NCBI GenBank assembly: GCA_028534125.1
Contig: CM052845.1
Span: 24,180,001-24,244,000 of the forward strand
Direction: 5' to 3'
From: Lama glama
Lineage: Eukaryota
DNA: 64,000 nucleotides
The position numbers and the translations under genes were made by a program. Positions within the stretch are counted from its first letter, which is position 1; each line of letters starts with the position of its first letter. Positions 13,201-23,090 of the stretch are shown piece after piece. Below the pieces are notes generated by a model, which saw nothing but the letters and a program-made list of their open reading frames with translations, ran no database searches and was not told the origin of the DNA.

Positions 13201-14249
13201 GGGCCACAATCCACTCAGGGAGGTCACGGCCAGAGTGAGTTACGGGGTGACTCACACAGGTCAAGTCTGCTGACACGCCAGGCCCCCAGACACGTGAAAA
13301 CATGGGCTTAAGTTCCAATTCTTTCTAAACGCACGGCGGTAGGAAACAGTGGCTGGAATGCAGCATTGCTTAATGCTCATTTGCATCACGGTGCCGTCTG
13401 CCCCTCGCTCCCGGGAGCAGACACGGTGGGAAGGGCGGACCAGGGCGACCTCTGGGCCGGAGACCTGCTTTGCCCAACACCGGACGTCTGAACACGGCCA
13501 GGCCTGGAAAACCACAGTCGCCTCCCGGGGAGGTTCCAGTCTGCGTTCACATGACAGGAGTTTGCTTGTGTTTGCTCCTCGAACCTCCTGGGAACCCCAA
13601 GATTATGCCACTGAGAGCTTCCCAGATCCCCCAAATACAACTCAGCTTTTCAGACACAAAGGTGCAGGAGGAACGGTTCAGCTAAGGTCAGGACAACACT
13701 CCGCCACCCCATCCCTGGACCGCTAGGCCTCTGGGCCCCTCTGGTTAGAACGAGGCCAGCCCTGCCGCGGGAAGCGGTCCTCATGGGCCTGGGGCCCCCT
13801 CGAGTGCCTGCAGGGTGAGGGGGCCCGACAGCACAGAACCGCCCCCCAGGACGGCCACCCGGGTCCAAGGCCACTGTTCCAAGGGCGCTGAGTGATCAGC
13901 ATGCAAGCTGAGCAGAGCAATTGGCTAATGACACCAAATAAATGGCCAAATATTTGATTCGGGACTGACATTCAAGGCTTGTGTCCTTAAGGCTGTCTCT
14001 CATGAGCCCTGCGACAGTGCCCTGCGCACTGGGCGCAGATGCAGGTTTCCCGTAAAGGAGGGGTGAGAATGAAGTAGGTGGCTCTTCGTCCAACCAGGGC
14101 TACCAGGACCCGCCTGTCTCAGCTCCAAGCTCCCTGATCCCGTGATAATCAGGGAACCCTACAACTTACCATCCAAGCGGAACCCACTCTAAGAGTGAGA
14201 GGAGGATTGTGACAAACACTCGGGGACAACAGGCACACACCTGCTGTCA

Positions 14250-14685
14250 CCTGGACAGCTGACTTCACGTGTCAAGTGGGCGGGGCTGAGGGGCTCGCAG
14301 GGAGCTGGCAAGAAGTGGTCCTGGGGTGTCCGTGAGGCCGTGTCTGGAAGAGGTCAGCATTCGGTGGGGTCACTGAGCAAAGACGGCCCTCCCCGTGTGG
14401 GCGGCGTCTTCCCAGCCTTGGCGGTCCTGACTAGAGCAAGACGGAGGAAGGGAGAGCGTCTCGCTCTCCTCCTGCCCTGGGGCGTCAGAGCTGCCGGCCC
14501 TCAGACCCTGGAGTTGGACGGTGTCCCACCCCCAGCCGTCCTGGTTGCCAGCCTGCAGATGCTGGGCGCAGGGCTTTCTGGCCTCTGTAACCCCTGGGCC
14601 ACTTCCCACAATCCACCTCCTCTTGTGTCTGTCTCTCTGCCCACCTGGCCCGCTGGCTGTCCCTCTCGGGGACCCCGACACACAC
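14250..14685 (+). mobile_element. MLT2 (ERVL) solo LTR, GC-enriched
   Basis: gtgtcaa...ggggtgtccgtgagg...ggaagaggtcagcattc...ctgagcaaagacggccctccccgtgtgggcggc...ccagcctgcagatg. Confidence 0.75.
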
Positions 14686-15604
14686 CCTAACCACACCCCG
14701 CGTGAGCCCAGCACCCACGGACCTGGAGACGTGGACCCCATCAGGGGTCGGACGTACTTCAGAAAAAGGGACTCGCTTGCCAGGCGCTCTCTTGGTGAGG
14801 CTGGTGCTTTTTCTCCAAAAGACGATATTCTTCATTCTGGTCTGATTAAAAGCTGTGGTTTTGCTGTTTTTTCCATGAGCTACACATTCATTTTCCTTTT
14901 TTATGCTTGTGAGAAGCTTGCACAGAATCACCTCCCTTGCCTTGAGGTCCACACTGCCGCTCTTCTTTGAAAGATTTCTTTTATCATTGTTGTTGGAGAC
15001 GCCACCGAGAGAAACGCAGAGATAAAACCCCAGCGGTAAAGTGTCCTAAGTTCATGGAAAGGTTGTTTACATAATTCTAATTCCAGCCAGTTAGAGCTGA
15101 AACTGCAGACCGGATGCCCAGGGCCTAAGAGCACTTCAATTACTCGTAAATTAAGAGGTGACCTTCCTGAGTTAAACTTGGGGGTCATTTTAGAAATTTG
15201 AGAAACTATTTTCAAAGTGCACATAAATAAGGCTATTATTACGCTGCCCCAGGAGAGGCAGGAGAGAATGTCTCGTTTTTATTTTTGAGAACTATTCCTG
15301 GGGCTGTCATATAATAGACACTCGATAACATTCCTTGGTTTGGTTGTTTAAAAGAAAATAAAATGAACTGATTCAAGACATGGGGTCCAGTCAGGAACGG
15401 GACCTGCTTTAATCCTGTGGAAAGTGAAGGCAGAGGAATCAACTGCGGACTCTTTTGACGTACAGATGAGATGATGCTAAAGTATCAAAAATTAGCAATA
15501 AACAAATAGTTATTATTACTAGTCATTACACAATTCATTCTCATTTCTGAATTCAACATTACTCTGTTATTAACTATCTGCAGATTACAAGTACTCCTTT
15601 AGCC

Positions 15605-16240
15605 CAAAGTTTCTCAAACATTTAGTTTTGGGCCCTAATCACCCTTCAAAACATCCCAGACAGCCTGTATTTATGTGGGTGATGCCGCCCCATATTTACC
15701 CCGTTAGAAATACAACTCATTTTAAGGTAACGAAGTCTAACCCATCACATGTTAACAGAAATAACGTATTTATGAAAAATAACTATTTTGAAAACAAAAC
15801 AAAAAAATAGAATGGGACGCTTTTCTATGTTTGCAAATCTTTGGTCTTAAGACAAGACAGCCGGCGCCTGCTCTGCGCTCAGCTCGCGGCGCCCCAGCTT
15901 GGGGCGGAAACGCGGCGAGGGGCCCGGGCGCCCAGGGCCCGGCCTGAGTCAGGGCTGTGAACAGGCTTCCCGTTTGCTGGAGGCAACGCTACCCGGTGAT
16001 TCTTGAGGATCAGGTGCGACGTGGAAGCTGACGCCGCAGCCACAAGCCCGCGCGCCACGCTGGCGTCCCGGGACCGCGCCGCCGCCGGGGCGTCCTCCCC
16101 GCTCTGCGCGGGGCGTCGTGGGCCGTTCAGAGAATCGCGCTCACCGAATTCACGCGGGAATTCCAAATTCCACCGCACGGGAGCAGAGGCTCACGCTGGT
16201 AACTCAGCCGCCGATCTCATCAGTACTGGAAAGCTTTGGC
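15605..16240. mobile_element. Charlie1-like hAT DNA transposon relic
   Basis: tttatgtgggt...atatttacc...ttagaaat...aacccatcacatgttaacagaaataac...tatgaaaaataactatttt...tttgcaaatct..., and later gccgatctcatcag; colinear with the recalled Charlie1 consensus. Confidence 0.75.
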
Positions 16241-16400
16241 CCCAGACTCCCTAAGAGGGCACAGATCTCCGGGAGACTCAGGACGCACTCTGAGAAGCGC
16301 CATTTCAGCCTAACCTGCAAAGCTTGACAAGGTGCGCGTCCAACTTGTGTCCACTAGATGGCGCGCCAAACCGGCGGATCCATCTCGGCCCTTCCGAGGG
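15860..16400. promoter_or_regulatory. Small orphan CpG island
   Basis: Dense CpG, a GGGGCGG box and AP-1 TGAGTCA, flanked on both sides by AT-rich DNA. Confidence 0.65.
16351..16364 (+). promoter_or_regulatory. CTCF consensus site
   Basis: CCACTAGATGGCGC is a full match to CCASYAGRKGGCRS. Confidence 0.7.
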
Positions 16401-16666
16401 GAGAAAATCTATTCACAGATACTAAGAAGAAAGTCCAAAGTATTTTATAGGAGAGAGGGAAAACACTATAAGGAAAGTTAAACAATTGTATTACAAATAA
16501 TCTGCGGTTTTGGAAAAAAGTTGTATCAGTCCTGACTTGGCTCCAGCTAGTCACTGTAACTGTATCTAACCAAAAAATATCAGTGTCAGAAAACTCCAAG
16601 TTGAGTAATCAGATTTGTTATTTGCAGCAACTCGTACACTGAAAATAAGTTTTTAAAAATCTGAAG

Positions 16667-16668
<2 letters not shown>

Positions 16669-16702
<34 letters not shown>
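16669..16702. repeat. (GT)17 microsatellite
   Basis: Read directly from the sequence. Confidence 0.95.
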
Positions 16703-16704
<2 letters not shown>

Positions 16705-16705
16705 A

Positions 16706-17116
16706 TACTGGGACTGTTCATTTTACGTGTCAACTTGGCTAGACCGTGGCACCCAGATGTCTGGTCAAACACCAGTGGAGATGTTCCTGTGACACCACTT
16801 TTTTGGATGGGATGAACATTTAAATCAGCGGACTTCGAGTAAAGCCGATTGTCTTCCCCAGTGTGGGTGGGCCTCGCCCAATCAGTTGAAGGTCTGAACA
16901 GAAAAAGATCGAGGTCCCCAGAAACAGGGAATTCCGCCAGCAGACAGCCTCAGACTCAAACTACAACTCTTCCCCGGCCCTCCTGCTACCTACCCTATGG
17001 ATCTCAGACTTGCCAGCCCCACCAGGGTGTAAGCCAATTTCTTACAGTAAATCTCTCTCTCCCGTAGTTTTTGTGTTTGAGTTCATGTTGGATCTGCTTC
17101 TCTGGAGAACCCTGAC

Positions 17117-17123
<7 letters not shown>
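16706..17123 (+). mobile_element. MLT2 (ERVL) solo LTR
   Basis: ttttacgtgtcaacttggctag...cccagatgtctggtcaaaca...gagtaaagccgattg...tgtgggtgggcctc...ctctggagaaccctgactaacaca. Confidence 0.88.

Positions 17124-17150
<27 letters not shown>
17119..17150. repeat. (AC)16 microsatellite
   Basis: Read directly from the sequence. Confidence 0.95.
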
Positions 17151-17154
<4 letters not shown>

Positions 17155-17639
17155 CTGACAAGGAATTCTGCAAGGCACACCAGCCGGAAGCAGAGGGAAT
17201 AATGAAGCCCTGCAGTGACAGATAACTTTCATGTGACAGTCTTATGTAGGAGGCAGAAATAAAAGTCCTGTGTCTGAAAGGAGGTAAGGAGTCCGTAAGT
17301 GACCTGTCCCTGGAGCTCCAAAGAGACGCACCCTCGGGACAAGGACACAGTGGTACAGAAGTACAGCCTCAGGTCAAGCCCTCTGGACCCTCGAGAGAAA
17401 CTTAAGCCTTGAATTTGGCTAAAGGGCGTCCCCAATGAACAGTCTCCACCCCCCACCCCTGGACACCTGGAAAAAGTAAGTGTAAATAAACTCTGAGAAA
17501 GGCACCTCATCTGCGGGGGAAATCACTCTCACAAACCACTTTCCAGCTGCGATGACCAGCATCTTGTCAAAGGTAACGAGACACCTGTGCAGACTACCCC
17601 GTGCAAGACAGACCCGCTGAGACTCCCGGGATGTCCGCC

Positions 17640-18470
17640 ATCAGGGGAGTCCTCACCAGGGAGGCGCAGATGGAAACCACAGTGGGGCAGCCCGTCACCC
17701 CCACGGCGGCCATCAGACGGGCAGGTGGCAACACGGGGAGGAGAAGACCTGCCCATGTATGAGCACTGATGAGGCCCCCACGACGGAGAAGAGGCTGGCC
17801 GTCCAACAGTCAGCACATGACCCACCGATTCCACTCCCAGGTACGAATGCTAGTCCCTCCACACCCCGAGAAGCTCCGCTCAGAACACCCCGAAGTGGAA
17901 ACAACCCAAACACCCGCAACTGATTCATGGATAAAACAGAATGTGGTCCAGTCACGAAGACCCCAGATGACGTCCTAACATGTACTGTGTGGTGGCTGAA
18001 CAACCCTGTAAACATACTAATAACCACTGAACTGCGCACTTGAAACGGGTGCATTGCATGGTGTGTGTTATATCTCAGTCAAGTTGTAATAGAGTGAAAA
18101 CGTGTGAAATGCTGAAATAAGAGACAGTCTTGAGAATATCTAAGTTCACATGAAAACGCGTTAGGTTTCAAGAACAACTAAATAGAGCTTTGAGAAATAA
18201 AAATTAAATAACCAAAATCAAGAACACTGAGGATGGACTTAACTGCAGCATCGGTACAGTTGAACTGGAATATTAATCGGAATGAATTCTCCAGAGGAAA
18301 AACGACCAAGAAAATAGAGAAAACCTACGAGCTACGAAAACCAGCGTGCACACCGCTCTAACGTCCACTTTGTTAGAGAGTGACAGAGACGCAAAAGATG
18401 AGGAGACAGTGGAATTTCGTTAATCCCAGAACTGATGGAAGTGCCAATCCGAAGGCTTTCCCAGGAGCAA
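17640..18470 (+). mobile_element. Old L1M fragments (3' end, followed by an ORF1-like remnant)
   Basis: catgacccaccgattccactcccaggta; tggaaacaacccaaac; tggataaaacagaatgtggt; accactgaactgcgcacttgaaacgggtgcattgcatggtgtgtgttatatctcag. Confidence 0.65.
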
Positions 18471-19039
18471 AATTCTGTGTTGAAATAGTTGACCCAGACC
18501 GGGTCAGCGTTACCCAAGATTCTAAAGTCATTTGTTTGCAAAAACGTAACTGTGCTCACGTAAAGGCGGTAACATTTCAAATCCACTCCTGCCTCCTGTC
18601 GGCTGCACAGAATCCCGCAGAGAGAAGGTGACAAGATTCAGCGCAGCCCCGCCTGGCACAGGTGAGGAGGCTGACGTCCTCGGCGACGGTCTCCAGTTCA
18701 CCCAGAGCCGCAGCACCCCGCCCCGCTGCCCCCAAGCCCAGCGTCACCCACCCGGCCAGCTTCCGGAGACCCGAAGGGCCGCGTGACTCCGGGAGCCCGT
18801 CTCCTCCAACCCCCGCCTCCTCCAGCACCTGCCATTCACCGTTTAAATTAAAGGACGGCTTCCCCGTGAGGGAAGGAGGCTCCAGAAATACACCAAGGGC
18901 AAGATCCGCTTACTTCCTTTCAAACACGGTTTGAAATTTCAACGAGAAAGATGTTGGCTTTAGAGGGATTAACAAAGTCCAGCACGTGTGGGGACCAGGC
19001 CCTCCTCTGGGTATCAGGGTTTCAGACGAAACGCTGCCC

Positions 19040-19630
19040 GTGTTTCAGGGCCAGAGACGGCCGTGGGAAGCAGCGGCCAGGACGGGCCGGCCCGGCCCGC
19101 GGCCCCCAGCCCCGTCCGCGTGCACCTGCTGCCGTCCCACCGCGCAGGCGCCTGCAGGTCTGCGGCCGCGGGGCGGAGCCCCGGCCCCGGCGGGGGTCGC
19201 GGGGAAACGCGCCGCTCCGCGCTGCGGGGGCGGGGCCGGGAGGGGCGGGGCCCGGCGGGCGGCGGCGGTGCGCGCGGCGACGGAGGGCCGCGTCAGAGGG
19301 GCGCTGTCCGACGAACCACGGGGTCCAGCACAAACGAGACGCGGGCGTGGCCGCCTCGGTCCCGGGCGACCTCGCGGCTGCCGAACGTGGGCGTGTCCTC
19401 CGGGCTGCCTCTTGGGTCCCTAACCGTTACGGTACGAGCGCTAGGTACAGTTTTTCTAGCCTCCTTACCAGCTCTGCGCTGCTGTTTGGGATTCTCCCAA
19501 AGCCCCCGCGACGGGAGGAGCCCACGTTTGTTCACGCCTCGGAGTGACCTGCATACAGGGCGGTGGGCGCACGGAGGGGCCAGCCGTGTGTAAGCGACGC
19601 TGGAGGACGTAACTCCTCGCAGGACGTGCG
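19040..19630. promoter_or_regulatory. Orphan CpG island with GC-box cluster
   Basis: GGGGCGGAGC and two GGGGCGGGGC boxes, dense CpG, no recognisable gene attached. Confidence 0.7.
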
Positions 19631-19856
19631 CCACCTTTGAAAAGAAAGCTGCACTTCAGTTCTTCAACTAACAGGCAGGTACTGTGCGCGCGCACGTTCA
19701 GTAACATACATGTACGTAAGGGGGTTGGAGAGTATCCCGTGTGCCCCGGTCTATCTTGTAGCAGCTGTGATGTCACTTAAAATATTTCGGTCCTTCCCAG
19801 TTCAGCGTCCTGGTATTTAGTTCCCATTTGGCTCCGAAGTGTGACGTTTTCCTTGT

Positions 19857-19870
19857 CCAGCAGGTGGCGG
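19857..19870 (+). promoter_or_regulatory. CTCF consensus site
   Basis: CCAGCAGGTGGCGG is a full match to CCASYAGRKGGCRS. Confidence 0.65.
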
Positions 19871-20227
19871 TGTCCGAGGCAGCTGCAGGCTTCACGCCCC
19901 ATGTGGCTCGGCTGGTTCTAGGCGGAAGGCGGGCCGAGACCAGAGCCGCTGGGGGCGGAATGAGCAGCCCCCTCCCCGCCTGTCCCGCGGCGAGAGCCCG
20001 AAGCACACGGAGCCGACTGCCCTCGGGCAGGTGGACCCTGGCCCAAGCCGGAGGGAACAAAAATAAAAACAAACAAAAAATGTTCGTTGTTCTGAAAGTC
20101 AGGAGCGGTACTCAGGACGTGCAGCTTGTGCGGAGGGCCCCGAGGAATTCAGAAGGAAAGGGCGCACGCGGCCTGCCCCCCCCCCCCGCCCCAACGGGCT
20201 GCGGCGGGCGCGTTACACACACGTGCC

Positions 20228-20670
20228 CGCGCGATGCTTGATTCCGCGTCAGCTCCACGGGGCCCCAGCACGCCCAGATGTCTGCTTCAACATCACTTCC
20301 GGGGGTGTCTGGGAGGGCATCCTCCAGTCCTCGGATGGCTCGAACGGGACGCAGACACGGAGGGGGGTGGACGCACTGGCTGCCTGCCTGCTTGAGCTGA
20401 ACACCCGTCTTCCGCCGCAGGCGCCCGGCGCGGGCCCCCAGCTGCGCCATCGCCAGCCCGGGCCCAGCTCGAGCGCACCTTGTGGGCCTCTCAGCCTCCG
20501 GCATCACATGAGCAAACACCGCACGACAAGCCTCCTTCTAGAAACAGGCGTGGAGACGGGTGTGGGTGCAGACACAGACCAACGTGTGTCTGCACAGCCA
20601 CGTGGACCCCACTGTCCGTCCGTCTGTACCGCCTGCCGGCCCTGCGTCCCTGCAGAACCCCGCCGACGCG
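20228..20670 (+). mobile_element. MLT2 (ERVL) solo LTR, strongly GC/CpG-enriched
   Basis: gcccagatgtctgcttcaacatcacttccgggggtgtctgggaggg...ctgcctgcctgcttgagctg...tgtgggcctctcagcctcc...ctgcagaacccc. Confidence 0.75.
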
Positions 20671-21836
20671 CGCTCCATGATCTCTAACTGGAAAAGAGGA
20701 CACAGGCAGAGGCCGCGGGGTGCAGCGCCAAGCGTCTCAGGAGAGGAGGGCAGACGGGCGGGCCTGGAGGCAGAAAGTGCAAAAGCGAAGGCCCTGGCGC
20801 TGCCCCGGGCGCAAGCCCCGGGGACACACGTGTGCACGCGTGTGTGAGCGCTCCCCGCCCTCCCTTCACGAGGCAAGCCCTGGCGGTGGCCGTTCTGCTC
20901 TCGGTCAACCCACACGTGCGGCCATACCCCGCAAATTGATTTCCCGACACACGAGTCACAACCTGAAGTCTGAAAGCTCGGATCCGTAAGTCAGCTGTTT
21001 CCTGGTGGCATCTCTGCTGCTTAGAAGTCGCCTGGCTGTGCTTAGGGGTGGGACCAAGGACTTGCTATTGGGATTTTTAAAAACAGAAATGAAACAGCAG
21101 GTGGAGGTGTGCAGGGGCATGCGGCAGCTCCCTGCTCCTCGGCTGCATTCGCCTGGTTGGATGCGCTGGGTGGCAGCGGCTGCAGCATCACTGTCCCCTT
21201 CGTGTCACTGTCCCCTTTGTGGACCGTGGGGCTCAGGCTCGGCTCCCTGCAGCGGGGCAGCCGGGACACTGAGTCCAGGTCGTGCCCTTAGAGGAAGGAC
21301 GTCTGCCCCCCATCCTGTGACCCAACACAGAGCTGTGATCCCGGGTCACAGGAAAGGGACACAGACACTTCTTAACTGCCTCAGCCACTGCTGACCTGGG
21401 TTCTCGCTGCATGCAGCTAAGCCTGCCCCGCGCTGATGCACCCGCCACGGGGAGGCACCGCGAATTCCAGGACAGAACCGGACAGGGCGTCCGCCCTCCA
21501 GGAACTCCCGCTTCAGTAGGATGGGCTGAAAACGGAGTAAACCAGGAATGGATGGATTGACATGTGGTGAACTGAGCACTGGTAAGTTTTTATCAGCGGC
21601 TAAGTGTATTGAATCATTGGCTTTGACCCACAGCTTGATTGTAAATAATCAAAGAGAACAGTAACAACTGTGAGCAGAGAGGGGGCCGTGGCTGGAACAG
21701 GGGCATAGAGAAGTCGACGTCCCGACCCCCGAGACGAGCAGCAGGGCTGAGGCCCGAGGCCCCCCGAGACTCAGGTGGGAGACGGGGTGGCAGCGGGGCG
21801 GGGGGCAGTCACAGCAGAGAAGCGGGAGTCGACTTT

Positions 21837-22320
21837 GTGTCAGAGACAGTGTATCATCCTGGCTTTCATTTTCTGTCTCTTGTGATGTCCTGGCAGCTCA
21901 AACCCCTCCTGGCCGGGAAGGGCCGTCTCTCCCGCAGCAAAGGGCCCAGCCAGGGGACGCCTGTGACAGATGCCAACGACCCAGCCAGCCAGGCCTCCCC
22001 CATCTGCCCTGCACCCAGGAGGCAGCATTCCTCTGCCCGAATCACCCAGGCCGGGAGCCAGGCAGCCAGGAACACCCCTGGAGCCCAAAGCCCCACAGTG
22101 TCATTAGAACCGGTCAGTCCTGTGTGTTTACCCTGTGCTGGAAACTCCAAAAGAGGCCGTGGCCTCAGTCCCCCTCCCTCTGCCCCCTGACCCCCTACCC
22201 TGTGCTTCCCCACCTGGTCCCCAGGGGTGGGTCACACCCCTCTTTCCAGGGGACTCAGAAACGTGAGACTGGCTCCTCTCTGCTGTCACCCAGCCACCTG
22301 TGTAAATAAGACCCAGCACA
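21837..22320 (+). mobile_element. MER74/MER73/MER54-like ERVL solo LTR
   Basis: ttttctgt...agcaaagggcccagc...ctctgcccgaatcacccagg...agcccaaagccc...ctccctctgccccctgacc...gtgcttcccc; TG...CA ends. Confidence 0.6.
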
Positions 22321-22394
22321 GAGCAGAGAGGAAGGAAAGCCAGCCCCTCTTGAGGACTGAAATCATGAATTTAAAATTGATTCTGCCTCCTGCC

Positions 22395-23090
22395 CTGCTG
22401 GTGGGAATGCAGTTTGGTGCAGCCACTATGGAGGACAGTATGGAGGCTCCTCAAAAGACTAAAAACAGACTTTATGATCCAGCAATCCCACTCCTGGGCA
22501 TATACCTGGAAAAACTATAATTTGAAAAGACACACGCANNNNNNNNNNNNNNNNNNNNNNNNNNNNNNNNNNNNNNNNNNNNNNNNNNNNNNNNNNNNNN
22601 NNNNNNNNNNNNNNNNNNNNNNNNNNNNNNNNNNNNNNNNNNNNNNNNNNNNNNNNNNNNNNNNNNNNNNNNNNNNNNNNNNNNNNNNNNNNNNNNNAGA
22701 CTAAGGGAAGTGAGTCAGACAGAGAAAGACAAATACCATATGATATCACTTATGGTATGTGGAATCTAAAAACAATGATACAGCTGATTGACAAACCAGA
22801 AATAGACTCACAGACATAGAAAACACACTTATGGTCACCAGGAGGAAGGGGGCAGGATAAGTTGGGAGTTTGGGATTTGCAGATACACACTAGTATGTAT
22901 ATAATAAATAACAAGTTCCTACTGTAAAGCACAGGGAACTATATCCAATACCTTGTAACAGCTTATAATGGAAAAGAATATGAAAAGAAATTTATATATA
23001 TTATATATATATATATATGTAACTGAATCACTGCCCTGTACACCAGAACTTAACACAACACTTAAAGCGACTCTACTTCAATAAAAGAAA
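22395..23090 (+). mobile_element. LINE-1 3' end interrupted by the assembly gap
   Basis: tgctggtgggaatg...gcagccactatggag...tatgatccagcaatcccactcctgggcata; after the gap, agagaaagacaaataccatatgatatcacttat...gcacagggaactatat...cttcaataaaa. Confidence 0.9.
22539..22697. other. Assembly gap (159 N)
   Basis: Run of N. Confidence 1.

Noticed and set aside
22414-22749. ORFs spanning the N run
   Set aside because: Artefacts of the assembly gap within an L1.
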